Assembly (NCBI GenBank): GCA_964016885.1
Contig: OZ024745.1
Coordinates: 16,306,001-16,370,000, forward strand
DNA: 64,000 bases
Reading direction: 5' to 3'
Origin: Eledone cirrhosa
Lineage: Eukaryota
In this document: piece after piece, positions 1-15,855 of the stretch
Position numbering within the stretch: position 1 is the stretch's first letter
How the letters are laid out: the number at the start of each line of letters is the position of its first letter
Position numbers and translations under genes: made by a program
Notes under the pieces: generated by a model
Seen by the model: only the letters and a program-made list of their open reading frames with translations
Told to the model about the DNA's origin: nothing
The model's database searches: none

Positions 1-30
1 AAAGTAGAAACAATTATTTCGAAGTTAAAA

Positions 31-225
31 GGTGGTGGATTGGCAGTATCGGTAGAGGGTCTGACGCCATGCTTTGAAGCAAAGAGTTACGGCCCTTTAC
101 GGTCTGAGTTCAAATCCCACCGAGGTTCACTTTGCCTTTCATCCTTACGGGGTCGATAAAATAAAGTACCAGTAATACACTGGGATAATTGCTGGCCTTG
201 TACCAAAAGTAGAAACAATTATTTC
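31..225 (+). mobile_element. tRNA-derived SINE, family A
   Basis: B-box-like GAGTTCAAATCC, then the recurrent core ctttgcctttcatccttacggggtcgataaaataaagtaccag and a tail gccttgtaccaaaagtagaaacaatt; bases 1-31 are repeated at 206-236. Confidence 0.8.
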
Positions 226-939
226 GAAGTTAAAAGATGTACAGAACTAAGCAGAAACAAACGGCACTACAAGCAAAGTAAGTGTTCCCCTTATTCCTAC
301 CTCTCCTGAATAAGTCAATACTGGACTTACGATCTGAGTTGCTTATGAGTCCAATATTCACCAACGGAACAAAGACCTTGATGAATAGTCATGAGCATAA
401 GAGAGTCATAGAAGAGATAGGTGAGAATATCTGATAGTTGTCTCTAAATCTAATCACAGAGTAATGACAGCAATATATAAGAAGATATGTATTTTATTAT
501 CAGGAATTGCTTATTAATAAACTGTATCCTTTTTCAGTCGTTATGTAGTTCACCTAAATACTGTTAAAAGAGACAAAAATATTTCAAATATTTACTCTTT
601 TGTATCATCATCCCTTTCGTCACAGTCCAATTCTTCTGTCACATACAACATATATAGAGATAAGGTTCACATAGTTCAATGCTATAGCCACCAACAGAGT
701 TTGGACTCAATATTTAGTAGTGCGTTTATGTGTGTGTGTTTATTTGAACTTTTAAGCCGACTCTCATATATGAGGTACAATAACTCCAACGCTTCAGCAA
801 ATCTCTATATAATATAACTTTAATTATCATGAGGCTCAATACGTTATGATCGCTTGTGGTGGGGTAATAATACTCCAGCTGCCACACACCCAGTATCGTA
901 CCACATTAGACCCATGTCTGCAATTCCTCTCCCACCTCT

Positions 940-1310
<371 letters not shown>

Positions 1311-1899
1311 TGAGGGACAGACAGAATTAGGAAAATCGCTTGGAAATACCGGATGTATACAGCGTCTGTATATATAAAGATACATCGAAATTTATTTGAA
1401 GTCTCTGTAGTCGATTTTTTAAATGGTTGGAATGGAAAATTTCAAGTGAAAACCAAATATGCCTGCAAAATGTTCTGACGCAGTTTTTAACAAAAATATG
1501 TAGAAACACTAATAGTTTGATTGTTGGTTTTCTTAATGGCTGCCTTCTGGTCTGTCAGTTGAAATAAATGATATTCCTGGCAGACAGGATGTGATATAAA
1601 AGCACTTCCGGTTACAATGAAGAAACAAATATTTGTCTCACTTCTCTAGTAACAATGAAGCCATGTTTTACACTGATTTGCTTAGTAAAAATATATATAA
1701 AACATGACATACAAGTTAAACAGTTGGTTATACATTTTGTTTTTGAAATGTCTCTTGTAAATCAGAAAGGGTTTGTAGGATGAGGCGTGGATAGATTTTT
1801 CAATCCTTATTCTCTGTTACAAACAATATCGGATACACCCACCAACACTAACGCACATATAAAGTTATACCACGCACATACACAAACACTAAAATCTGT

Positions 1900-2160
1900 C
1901 TAATGCCCAATGGATCACCAGGCCGGTGCTTATCCCCTTTTCTGTGGCGTTAAGTGACTTAGAGTACAAGACTCCTCTTTGGATAGGATGCAAGATTAAA
2001 ATCGCAGCTATTGCTGGTACTTATGTTTAGTTGAGTATAATGGAGCAATGAGGAATGAAGTGTTTGGCTCAAGAACACAACACACAAACTATTCTGGGAA
2101 TCAAGCCCACGACATTTTGATCGTAAGTCCTACACCTTAGAACTAGACCACACACCTCTA
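1900..2160 (-). mobile_element. tRNA-derived SINE, family B
   Basis: Reverse complement of the head seen at 33113 (ggtctagt..taaggtgtaggacttacgatc..gtcgtgggcttgattcccag..gtgtgttgtgttcttgagc). Confidence 0.65.
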
Positions 2161-3654
2161 CACGAAGACACAACTACGTAATAACACATGAACTCACCCA
2201 CCATTTCTAAAGGTGCTCAGTATAATGAATATGGATACTTTTCTGCAGGCTGCTGCAATTTTAATGACGGAAGAGATATGATTATTTTGTTTTTCATAAA
2301 ATCTGATTACATCAGACATTGTAATAAGAAACTTTCCAGAGAGCTGGACAGCAGACGATCTTCAGAGAAGAAAACCCACCACCCCAAGCAAGTGTTTCGG
2401 TCCTTACTTCCATCCAAATATACGTAATGAAGTAAATTTATGAATTATGTTAATTATGTTTTAGTAATTGATATAAGGGAATATCATTAGAGACTGAGCG
2501 TATCGTTTTAACTAATACTGGTATGAAACATAATCTCCTCCGGAATTTTGATTTTGTGCGTAGTCACGTTATTGTTAAGAAGTTATATTGATAGGAACCT
2601 TTTATGGACAATAGTGAAGTTCACAGGCTTCACAATATTGATTATAAAATATTTCTTTATCGGAAATCACATTAGTGCCATTTCTGAGCCCTGTAACAGA
2701 GTGGACTTAATGTTGAAGTCTCCTTCTGTTTTCAGTCTTTTGTTTTTCCTAACCCTTTCAACTTTAAATTGATAGCACATTTATAGTCACTTGAAATACA
2801 CAATACATAGTTTGGACATCATTTCTCATAAAGTGAAGAGCAAACGTTGTCCTGACAACATTTATAGTTCTTATGGTCAACACTGTTCTACATTTTCATC
2901 ACACAGTCAACATTTATCTTACCGGATGAAAGACGTTTTAGATGAAACGGTTTCTATTGAATGCTTAATGGTGGGTAGAGATGTCAACAGACTCCCCCAC
3001 CCCTCTCTCTCTACTCCCCATTTAAATCAAATATATATCTGAATATATTATATGGTATTGTATTGCATTGAAGATATTGTTTTCTGGTTCCTTGTGCCAT
3101 CAATTATACCTAAATATATTGTCAAGACTTCCCTAATATTTTTGTATTTCTGACTTAAAATAAAAATGCTTTCTGAGTAAACGATAAAACTCGGCATGTA
3201 GCAACATTTAAACCTAACAAAACCAAACCAATCTTCTCAAAATACTATCAATCATTTTAATTGGAATTTTCACTCTAAACACATTCAACAAAACCAAATA
3301 ACTTTAAACACACAAGAATCTATATACGCAAGCTATATACATCTTATATTCACTTTCTCTCTTTCGAAATCAGTTTATCAGCTTATTATAAACGAACTGA
3401 AAGCTCTCACATAAGTCTTAATTTGTCTGTTGTTGTTGCTATTATTGTTGCTGTTGCAGCAATTGTTAATATTGCTGTTATCGTCAACATCGTTATTCTT
3501 AAAGTTAGTTTGGTTCTTATTTTTGGTGCATTTGTTGTTGCTGTTATTGCTGTTCTGCTACTGTTTCCGTTGTTATTGTTTATCTCGCAGCTATAATCAA
3601 CAACGAGGTTTTGCGATAACTCGTTTCCTTCTTTCTGAACAAAAACACACAGAA

Positions 3655-3750
<96 letters not shown>

Positions 3751-4163
3751 GCACACATATATATATATATATATATACGTGTGTGTGTTGTGTGCATACT
3801 TATTCACGTAAATAACACCTGTTATTTACCGATATTTAATGCCACCGACACCACCGCAGCTATTCTAGCTCTCATCACGGAGTTCCTACTATACAGCAGC
3901 TGCAGCGATTGTTGTGTGATTCGACGTATAGTAAGGCGTCTATATATTGCAACCCGATGTCAACACAATACATCTTATTTCATGTATTGACACAAGCTTT
4001 ATGAAACTAATGCTTAATAGAACAACTGATCAATTAACTAATAATTAGCTATAAACCAATCACATGTTTACCTTTTGATGCCAGAATAATTACTGTGATA
4101 CAAAATGCCCTGAAATAAGTTGGCAAATCTGCTATGTGCTGCTTCTCTTTGGAAATTCTCTAT

Positions 4164-4204
<41 letters not shown>

Positions 4205-4689
4205 CACATGTACGACTCTTTATAAAACATTCCACCCCACTCCAATTCAATCCAAGACTTTCTCACTCCTGTTGATGGAACCCACCCCTGGTTGACCACC
4301 TTTTGGTCATGTCAGGGGTGTAGCCGTACTCACTACGCTTGACTAATTGCGAGTTAGTAAGTCTATTTAACCCTTTTAACAGCTATTGTTTTGTGCGCTA
4401 CTGGGGTTCCACTTACACTCCTCACCGGACAAGGGTCTGGTAGTGAAGCAAGTTTAGTTGCCGACCACTTGACCATGAATCAGTTTGTATTGGGTTACGT
4501 GGTACAGTAGAAGGCAGAAACCTGACATGACCCCTCGGCCAAAAATATTCACATTTCATAAAGTTTGGACAATTTTTCTAGACATGTGATCGGAAGGTAG
4601 AATGGTAAATAAAGAATTAGTACAGGTACAGATTCAGACCTGTACTGAATTATTTGTTTCGCCGGACTGACAAAGACTACGAAATAATG

Positions 4690-4850
4690 GTTTCTGTTTT
4701 AGACCCAAGGCCAACAAATTTTGGAGGAGAGGAAAGTCGATTAAATCGACCCAGTGTGTTACTGGTACTTTATTTTATCAACCCCGTAAGGATGGGAGAC
4801 AAAGCTAACCTCGGTGGTATTTAAACTCATAATATAAAGGGATGTAACTC
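4690..4850 (-). mobile_element. SINE family A
   Basis: actggtactttattttatcaaccccgtaaggatg is the reverse of the family A core. Confidence 0.7.
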
Positions 4851-5252
4851 TATGGTGTAGAGCATGGTGTTAGAGCATGAACGTTATATATATATAATTT
4901 AAGGTATCATAAAATATATAATATGTATGATGATTATGTGTCTATGTAGAAAAGTTCAATGTATATTTTCCCAGAGGCATCAATAATTGAAATCATGCGA
5001 TTTATATGATCAAAATGCTATGCGCTTATGTGTTCCTCAAATGATATATTGCTCTTTCTCTCCATATATGTACATATAATCTTTTAATATGAATTATACA
5101 TATATATAGATATATATAAATTTTGAGCATATGTTGGTTGTTTACCGACACTTCAGTATGAATATTGGAGCACTCGACTAAGTACGCATTTTGGAGCAAT
5201 GTAAAATAAGTAAGTCAAACATGTAAAATTTGGGTTCGTTTATTATAACCTC

Positions 5253-5307
5253 TCTGGTATATATATTTCGGTGACAGCTATTATTGGCTGTGACCTCTTC
5301 AGGCAGT
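5253..5307 (-). ncRNA. Type I hammerhead ribozyme (family of 44168), weakened stem I
   Basis: Minus strand: actgc-CTGAAGA-ggtcacagcc..agctgtcacc-GAAA-tatatA-TA-ccaga; the first stem I pair is mismatched. Confidence 0.6.
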
Positions 5308-5439
5308 ACGAATTAATGTGGAATAGACAGGTAAACATGTTGTTGAAATGTGTTCCACTCTGTCAATTCATCGATATGTCCAGCTCCTGGGTGTGTTGTT
5401 AGTCCTCCGAGGAACTGGAATCATATGGTTTGATTCCAG

Positions 5440-5477
<38 letters not shown>

Positions 5478-5525
5478 ACTCCAGTTGCATTTTCGATTTC
5501 ATCTTTTTTCCTTATATATATATAC

Positions 5526-5785
<260 letters not shown>

Positions 5786-5896
5786 ATATATATATATATC
5801 CAAAATTAAAATTAAGGGTTGTAATGTCTGAGAGACATGCGCCATATCCACTGTAGAATAAGCTCAAAGATTCCAATGAATAGATCTGAGCCTTAC

Positions 5897-6275
5897 ATAT
5901 CAACTAGAAATAGATTGACAAATATATATATATATGAAATAAACATATGAAACTATCACAGGGAATAATTTGTAAAGAATGTAAGCACACATAGCTAGGT
6001 AGGTATCTAATTAAAGTTTAACTAGAACTTCAAATATAGATACCTTTTAAAATGATTAACCTCCTTTGTATATATTTCTTTAAGTAAGAAATATATTTCA
6101 CCAATAAATCTGTAAATCACAGCAGTCAAATTCTCGGATGTTCACCAAAGGAGAAGTTAAACCTTAATTAGTTATCTACCTAGCAATGTGTGCTTACATT
6201 CTTTACAAATTATTCCCTGTGATTGTTTCATATGTTTATTTTATATATATATGTCAATCTATTTCTAGTTGATAT
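5897..6275. repeat. Inverted repeat, arms about 125 bp (5897-6023 and 6155-6275)
   Basis: cagggaataatttgtaaagaatgtaagcacacat versus atgtgtgcttacattctttacaaattattccctg. Confidence 0.85.
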
Positions 6276-7037
6276 ATATATATATATGTATATATTCTTT
6301 TATTTCTTTCCTTATGGTTTCTGTCATTAGATTGCTGTGTTGCTGGAGCACCGACTTGAAACAATTTAGTTAATCATATCACCCTACACACATGTACACA
6401 TATTGGTAAAGTTATTGAAATATCTTTCACATGTTATGGAACATGATTACACTACTTACCATGAAACATATTTGTTGAAATTGCAAACTATTTTTAAATT
6501 CATCTGAAATCATTGGTATTATAGAGATAACCTATATAAGGATCTATAATAGAATTGTTATAGAGGTGAAAAATTTGTATTAACCACATACACAAATACC
6601 AACACACACATACATACATTTACACATATGATGTAGATTTAGAACTTTCCAGTTTAATGATTACCTGGAGACATGGGTTGTGTGGTGGACATATTGGTGT
6701 GAGAAGCAATGACGTCATATTTAAAAATATTAATAGAAAATAATATAAACTACAAGATGATAATACGTTTATTCTTGCTTTGAATTCTTTTACACCCGAG
6801 CAGATTCCTTATTACAAACATTTTTTCAACAAATAAGTTTTGAGTAAAGAAATAAAAAAATAAAAAATACATTCAAGTAAAAATGTTGGAAAAAGAATAT
6901 TTCGTTGTCTTTGATGAAGAATCCGATAGAATACCTGCAAGAATTCTTCTCTAGAGAGAGATAAGTAATATTATCCTAACTAGGTACTTGAAAGGATAAC
7001 CAAAAAACAAGAAAATAATATATATATATATACATAT

Positions 7038-7241
<204 letters not shown>

Positions 7242-7902
7242 ATAATGCTCATTTCAATTTCCTCAAAAACATGATTAACGTGGCTGAAATCTCTTGTAAA
7301 GTCTCTCTGAGAAAATACGTATTGAGATTCCGGGTGATTAGAAAGATCAAAGGGCATTGTTGTTTAGAAATGGTTTTAATCACGTGATATCTAAGATTCT
7401 CAGCTGGTATTTCATTTTTTGTTGTCATCTAAGTTGACTTGGAAACAGATAGATTCCCCACCTCCTCCACTTGGTGAACTATAAAAAATAATTATAATGT
7501 CAGCAGAGTAAGAAGCTATTCCATGCTATCACATTATCTGCAAATCTCAATTATTTCTTGTAAATTGCAAGAAGCGCCAAGAAGCATACACAGATATATT
7601 TTACCGTTTCTGCAGACATTGGCATGAAATATATTTGCCAAGGATTAACTCAAACCTGATAGTAACACAAATAATGAGAATATTAATAATAACAATAATA
7701 ATATTGATAAAAAATGTAAAGAAACTGCTTTCTTCATCTTTTCAAAATGGCTGAAGTGTAGGTTAATAAAACTTATTTTATGATCATCTAGTATATATGT
7801 CAGCTAAGCCTCACATTATACGTGACCTGAAACTGCTGTTACTTCAGCTGTTGTCTTTCCCGATGATAAAGATGATGATAGCGATGATGATGTAAACAAT
7901 TT

Positions 7903-7971
<69 letters not shown>

Positions 7972-9306
7972 TATATTGAGATAAATACCAGACTGAATAT
8001 ATTGCTGCGCTTTTTTGTAGTAAAGATGTGCAGGGATATTGTAAATATAGTATAACATAGTGCAGTGTAGGATATAATATATATATATATATATATGAAT
8101 ATATGCGCACGTCTGTGTGTGTATAAAGACTAAAATATCTAGTGGATTAATGGAATGGTTAGGAACGTCGATAAAATAATTTCAATAAATTTGTCAGACT
8201 GTAATATGTTCATATTGCAGGAGGTGGAGGGGGTTGTGAAGGGGTTGGAGGAATAGGAGGTGGAGAAAGAAATTTTACTTTTCAATCAAACATTTGTATC
8301 GGATAACCAAAATGTCATTATGTTTATCAGTTTATATGCAAAGTTTCGGATCACCGTGTGGTTGCTGCTACGTTGTGTCGTTCTTATGTTGTGTCGTCTT
8401 TACGTTGTTTTTTGTCAATACGTTGCCCCAGGTCATACCTGATCCTATTTCTCAAAACCTGAGACGACATTGTCCGACCTAACAGCTATTGACTAAGAAG
8501 GTATCCTTTGGCTCTTATTTCTGGGATATAGAGACACCATAAACAGGAAAAGATCTACACATCTCCCCCACTTCAGCAGCAATGTGGCAACTGTTGAAAT
8601 CCTCTTGTATACTCAGGAGTTGTGTACTTAGCCTCAGTTACAACACCAGACGTTACCTAGATTAAGTTCAAAAGATGTAATCAACATCTGTACTATTTTA
8701 ATGGTAGGAATATAGAAAAAATCTACTTAGACTTTTCGAATTACCTGGATCATCAGACAATAATTTTACTGCTCTGCTATAACATGCAATATTATGTAAT
8801 ATAGTTAATGTTGATACAAATATGTTCCATGTAGCAGAACAGCGTAAATGTGAAATACGCATAAGCGAAAAATTCCAGACACTGAAACAGTTTGTAATAT
8901 TTCTCAACAGAATATTGGAGATATTATCTTTCACAAAGCATTCTATTCTGTGAATATAAACTGACTAAACACACCTTGGATCAAGCATGATAAATTCTAA
9001 TTATCGACCACGAACTGCATCAAGTTCCACCTTTGTCTAAAAATAAAAACCTTAGCCTTTATTCTTCGTAACTATCCAACATGGCCGACGGTGTCTTAGC
9101 CCACGTCATTTCCTTCCAACAATAAGAAACCAATTTACTAGAGATTTGCAGTTAAATCTCCATTTATGAAACACGCTTGGAAAGTTACGAACGTATTTTA
9201 TGTATGTTTGTGTGACACATTAAGTAATGCAATCACGAATTATGGAATGTTTAATGTGTGTCCGTCCGTGTGTGTTCGTCCAAGTGTCTGTTTGTATGTA
9301 TATCCG

Positions 9307-9401
<95 letters not shown>

Positions 9402-12400
9402 TGTGTCTATGTGTTTGAATACGCCTATAATTATAGACCAATTCAGATGTTGTGAGGTTAGTGTATATATTAACAATTGTAGCGTGCGTTATGTCTTCTG
9501 ATGAAATTCTTTGTAACAATGTAGCGCAGTTGTTTCCATTTCCATACCCAAATATCAAGCAATTGGCAATTTATTGCATACCTTAGATTCGTCTTCATTT
9601 GTATGTTTTTGTCTAAAAACCTATCAAAACCTGTATGATATATCTTCAAAGATCACCGAACTGGCTTTATTTATTTAAATAACTAATTAGATTTCTTCCA
9701 GAAGCTCCTCATTATGATTATTAAGGGTTATGCAGTCATGAGTGACTAATCATAGGATTTCCCCCCACCCCGAGGCACAAACATAGACAGAGTATGTTTG
9801 TGGAACATCAGCAGTCGCCTATGCTTGCAAGTATATCCTTTGCACGAAACTGATGTATCCATACGACAGGCAAAGGTCTATTCAACTTGGCATCAGTGTC
9901 ATAATAGTTCATTTCTTCTGAATAAACTACACCAACGTGAAATAATGTCTAGGTCAAGGACGCAACACGCTACTCGGTCCGGGAATTGAGCTGGTGATCT
10001 ACGATCGTGAGCCCAGTATCTTAACCAATTAGTCATTCGTTCTAGAGACAACAATATTTGATTAAATGCCTTGTTTACATCTGTACAAAAAAAAAAAAAG
10101 GAAAAAACAAAACAAACCAAAAAACAAAAAAAACAAAATACCACTTCCTGATCGATATTGTTTTGAAGTTTGAAATTCAAAAATTTTATTTTCCAAAGAA
10201 ATAATTCTCCTTCTACTTTCCTCATTCTCTCTCGCCCTCCCCATCGCCCCCTTCCACTTTCTCTCCCCCCTCTCTCTCTCTCTGCATAAGGAGATGTTAA
10301 TCTTTAGATGATTCAGTTTCAGATCTTTTTGATATTTTTAAAAAGGTGTTTTTAGTATTTCATTGTACATTGATATTGACTTTTATATACATGTTTAATG
10401 GCTTAAATATTTTTGCTAGCTCGATGGATAACATTTGAGTTTTTCAGAAGGTTGTCTGTGGAAAAAGTTGTTTATCATTACATACTTTTATAAATCGTTT
10501 TCAATACAGTATATTAATTTCTATTTATTTATTTTGTATCTCAATTGATGAAAAATAATGTATCGAAATGATCAATCCCTGACTCATTGCATCTCTAGCA
10601 GAGATAGTGAGTCAAGGGAGTCTCAGTACTTCCGTCCAGAACCAAAATCATTCTTTTTGGCCCCAACAAATATACAAACATGACAGTTTTCCATAATTTT
10701 TGTCTACCATTTTCCGCTTATAAGTTATTGGTCAATCCGAGGATATGGAAGCAGAGTAGATCACACAGTTATAACCAAATTAAAGGAATTCAATAAGCAT
10801 TTAAGTATCGCACAATATGTTACATTTCTAAGATTCTCACAAGAACTGAAAGTTTGTAGAGGGTTTAATTTATATCATTGCTTCTTAATTTATTGACTTC
10901 ATAAAGAGAAAAGGGCACATTGTTCTTGGCATGAATTCAAATCCGAATATAAAGAAATGTATTTAAATACTGCCAATAATTGTATTAATTATGAATCGTA
11001 TTATGTTGACAAGATAAATTATATTGTTCTCTTATCCTTTCCATTCTTTGTTACATGCTAAGTTGCAGTGAAAGGGGTATAGTTTAGTGGATAGGATGTT
11101 TGGTTCACAATTGTAAGATTGTTCATTTCTTGGCTGCACCGTATGATCTCCAGCCAGATGTATTACGTATTTTACGTTTTTCCAGGCCACTCAGCTGACA
11201 AAACTAAGCTTTTCCTGCAAATTCACGGAACTAAACTTGTCAAACACTGTGTCCTTTATAAAACAGGCAGTGCATTTCCGTGGAAAAAATACCTTGCTGT
11301 ATATTCCCACTTCGCTTGTCTCTCAATTTATATCCCGTCGAGGTCAACTTTGCTGTTCATCGTATTGAGGTCGATAAAATAAAGTAACAGTCCAGGCTGG
11401 TGGATTAGTGAAATGCACTGAACATTTTCTTATGGTATTAGTCCCAGTTCTTTAAGTCCTGAGTTCGAACTCCAAAGTGGCCTACTAAGATGGTAGATTT
11501 AATACCTCATCCAGTATAACACCACTCCTGTCATTGGGTACATTTAATGGAGCTCACTCTGTTAAAAATATTTCTCACATTCCCATCCTTCTTCCAATCA
11601 ATTTCAACAGTCTTGAAAAGAGTCATGTGCACTGATCTCCCCTTTCTCACCAAAACAGTAAAACAAAATATATAAATTCTGACACCCAAACAACCTTGTT
11701 ATTTTCATTTTTCCTTCGTATTTTCTAGTTATCTTTATGATTTCATTCTCGTTCTCATCTATTCTCCTTTATACATTTTTCAAGTTTCACCCCCTCAGCT
11801 TCCATACCCAACTCATTCATCTCACCATAAATTTTTATCTTTCATAGTTCTTTATCCATATTTTCATATTTTTATACATTATTTGCTGCTTGCCTTTCTT
11901 CGATACGGTTCACTTCCGTCTGAAAAAGTTATCTATGAGAATTTCAAAAGAATATTCAGTGTGAATTCCCCCTGACCCTGTACAACCCACAACAATCAAC
12001 ATTGATATACTTCAATCTATGTCAAACATTTTCTCATCTCAACTCATCTAAGCCACATTTCTCCCACAAGTAACAACATTGTTTGATTTTGTCACTAGTT
12101 GACTTTATTTGTCTTTATATCTTTTGTCTGCGATTGTCACTGGAATCCCAGTGACAATTGCAGACATGAGATTCCAGTCAAGAAAGAAACAGAAACGAGA
12201 AGCAAATGCTTCCCTGTAGAATTCCCATGAACTTAATCTCTTTCACTGACTTTTATTACTTAAGTATTTGTCCTACAGACACCTTAAGTAACTATCAGTG
12301 GAGTTTTCAAATATATCCAACTTAAATAAAGCTATTACTATAAAACAATTTGCTACTTTTGCACTCATTATTTCTCAAGAAACTTATATATCTTCTGTGT

Positions 12401-13463
12401 TTTTCTTCAACTCTTTATGCATTTTCACTTTTTCGCTCACACCAGAATCTACTGAGATGTCACCAAACCATAACTATAACCACTTTTAGTTATTTTCAAA
12501 ACGAAGAGAAAACAACCTTGAAACATTTGTTACTCGATTTATATGCCCCAGCTATTATAAAATACGTTCTGTCTTCCAGTGAAGTAGCCAACACCTCCAC
12601 ACCATTTACCCCTTCCTTCATTCCTTCCTTCCTTCCTTCCTTCCTTCCTTCTTAATGGTGGCTTTAATGCAGAATTTATTTCTAATGTATTCCTCTGACA
12701 TCCTGTGATATTATGTTATTCTTTAACCCGTAATTTGTTTTTCTAATTTCTCAGTGACTCAATAACTTCGCCATATGGATAATATATTTTTAACCTCATT
12801 CTATCTGCTTGTCGCCTGTTTATCCTCTTAATCATTTATTTATACTTGAACCACCCTGCTACAGGAACTCAGACATCTTACAGTTTACAGAATATTTATT
12901 CATGTGTTTTTCTTATTTTTCTTTGATATTACGCTTCTCAATTTGCTCCGCTACAGAGCATTGTTGGGCAGGTTGGTGTGCTTGCAAGCTAAGGAACATC
13001 TTCATGTCTCTAACACTTGTTCAATGAAGCCATTTGACTTGACCTAGTGTGACAATGACAATAAACATTATAAAAACTTTAATAAGATTTCGATATTGTT
13101 CCGAGGTTATTAGGGGATGTAGGCCTGACTAAGTAGTTAAGAGGTCTACTTGGTAATCACGATGTCACATGTTTGATTCCACTATGTAGCATCTTGTGTA
13201 AGTGTTTTTACCATAGCATCAGGTCGACTGAGCCTTGTGTGTGAAAGTGGGTAGATGCATACTGTGGAAATCCGTCGGATGGAAGGAACTTGTAATTCAC
13301 GTACAGCCATGTCACATAATGTGTCACACTGTGTCACACTGGTTCTGCCTCTGAATTATCTTAAGGTTATTCGTGTTTGTGGAATACTCAACCACGTATA
13401 TGTTACTTCATAAGGTGGGGTTATAGTTGATCGACCAGCTGGATAATCATCGCGGAAAATGAC

Positions 13464-13554
13464 TTATAAATGGGACTGAGTTATAAATGGGACTGAGTTA
13501 TAAATGGGAGTGAGTTATAAATGGGACTGAGTTATAAATGGGAGTGAGTTATAA
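13464..13554. repeat. 17-bp minisatellite (TTATAAATGGGA[C/G]TGAG) x5
   Basis: Direct reading. Confidence 0.95.
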
Positions 13555-13588
13555 CAATAACAACGATGACAAAACAACAACATGAATA

Positions 13589-13785
13589 ATTGTTTCTACT
13601 TTTGGCACAAGGCCAGCAATTATTCCAGTGTATTACTGGTACTTTATTTTATCGATCCCGTAAGGATGAAAGGCAAAGTTAACCTCGGCGGGTTTTGAAC
13701 TAAGACCATAAAGGGCCGTAACTCCTTGCTGCAAAGCATTTTGTCCGACGCTCTACCGATACTGCCAATCAACCACTCACCCACC
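13589..13785 (-). mobile_element. SINE family A
   Basis: Full reverse copy of 31-225. Confidence 0.8.
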
Positions 13786-14236
13786 GTAAACAATAATAAC
13801 AACATCAACATCAAAAACAACAGCAGCCACATCACCAAGAACAATAACAACGATGACAAAACAACAACAACATGAATAATGCCATCAAGTTCTATATATT
13901 TGTTCTATTTAATGTCAGTCTTACCACTGTCTGCTGATAACACATTCTTTACATTTTATAGAATCTGGTTTGATTTATGGTATTTATCTCGCTACTAGAT
14001 AAATACACACATTATAAATAATAGTGTATATACATATTTATATATATATATATATAGATATATATATATATATTTAAAGAGTGAGAGAGAGGGAGAGAGA
14101 GAGAGAGGGGGATTTGTATGATCTCTTTCAGAAGGAGGGGGCTTTTGCCGATGAGGGGGAGATAGATAGTTTTGTTCGTTCATTCGGCGTCTCCCTTGGT
14201 CTTTTTCCCGTGTGCAATTATATACACACATACATC

Positions 14237-14356
<120 letters not shown>

Positions 14357-14816
14357 ACCCATATTTCGATGTATGTGTTCTATGTACTTTCCTATATTAT
14401 CTATGTGATAGATGATGTAGTATATTAGCTATATCACAGTTCTTTACAATTATATATATATATACACACGGCCATATAAAGTATATTTTTCGTTAAATGG
14501 TTGTTAGAAATAGTAGATAGCGAGTGCATGCAGATATTCTGTGAAAACTAGTCCACCTACACACATCAAGGGGAAACACAAACACAAAATATATCAATAA
14601 ATATTATCATTCTCAAGTAGTTAACATGCTCAACACAACTAGAATCATATGGTAAGCCTCACTTTTTACTGATGATCTATTACATAGTGAACACACCTCA
14701 TAAACATAGCCAAATCTCTATCACAAACATTAGTCTTTCTCCTCAAAGAGAAAATACTTCAGTCACTAACAAACAACCATTTCCAATGATTAACCCTTCT
14801 GATACCAACTATAAAG

Positions 14817-15090
14817 ATGCGTGGCTTAGTGGTAAGGAGGTTAGACTTACGATCACAATGTCAAAAGTTCGATTCCTGGACTGGGCTATTTGATGTGTTC
14901 TTGAGTAAAACACACCCTTTCCCGCTGCTCCAGTACACTCTGTTGAAAGTGAATACCGGCAATAGCTGGTCATTTTAACCCTGCGATGAACTGGCATCCT
15001 GTCCAGGAGGGAATCTTGGACGCCCAGTTGCTTAATGCCACAGAAACTGGGTTTCCACCGTCCTGTTGAGCCTCCAGGTTCGAGACAGAC
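14817..15090 (+). mobile_element. tRNA-derived SINE, family B
   Basis: A box TGGCTTAGTGG, B box GTTCGATTCC, body aaccctgcgatg.actggc.tcctgtccagg shared with 33113. Confidence 0.8.
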
Positions 15091-15855
15091 TTCAGATATT
15101 AGTTACCAACTTGCCTAAAACTAAAAGTAGTTCTTTGATACAAAGCCATTTGTTATAAATTATTGATAAATTTAAACCTTATATCATAAATTTGTTAAGT
15201 TATGTTTCAAATACCTCCTTAAAATGAAAAAAAAAAAAGGTATTTTACTAAATCCCTGAAAATTCTTAACTATTTTGAAAATAAATTGAATATCTTACAT
15301 TTCATATTTTACAAGAAATCCGATAACGAATGGATTCAGCAAGACTCACCATGGAATATTGCTTTCACATATGGAACTGTTGCTGTTACTATACACACAT
15401 GTTAAACTACATTTAAAGAAAGATCACTCAATTGAGTGGCATATTACACAGACACAATCCAACTTCTGGCCCTGAAACTTATTGTCTTTTTCTCAGACAC
15501 AAAACAGAGGTAGGTTGGGTATAATTCGGTTCGTCTTGTGATTGATATATTTCATATAATTCTAGATTATTGAATGTGTATATAAAATCATATAAATTGA
15601 AGCAGACACTCTTATTCCTGTAGCAGTAAACGGCACAGTGTTGAGAAATGTAATTGTTATAGATAAGGAGGTGCGATATTAGGAATACATTTACATATCA
15701 GTTAAATCTTAATTGGCAGGAAGTATTTTCAAATTAATTAAATGTGATAACGATATTTTTCTGTGCACCAAAAATATCAAAAATATATTAAAATAGACAG
15801 TGAAACGTGTTGTAATAATATAGACTTATTTCTAAGAAATCATTATATTATTTAA

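Noticed and set aside
4260-4540. GC-richer segment with a 12-bp inverted repeat (ggtcatgtcagg/cctgacatgacc), possible LINE 5' end with HDV-like ribozyme
   Set aside because: Could not build the nested double pseudoknot or find a convincing ORF
11470-13060. Possible very old LINE endonuclease relic
   Set aside because: Only faint motif traces; not supportable by eye
13464-13554. Regular short repeats resembling a CRISPR array
   Set aside because: No spacers; simple minisatellite in eukaryotic DNA
14817-14890. tRNA-like A and B boxes here and at 33113 and 36605
   Set aside because: No complete cloverleaf, and a shared SINE body follows; these are SINE heads, not tRNA genes
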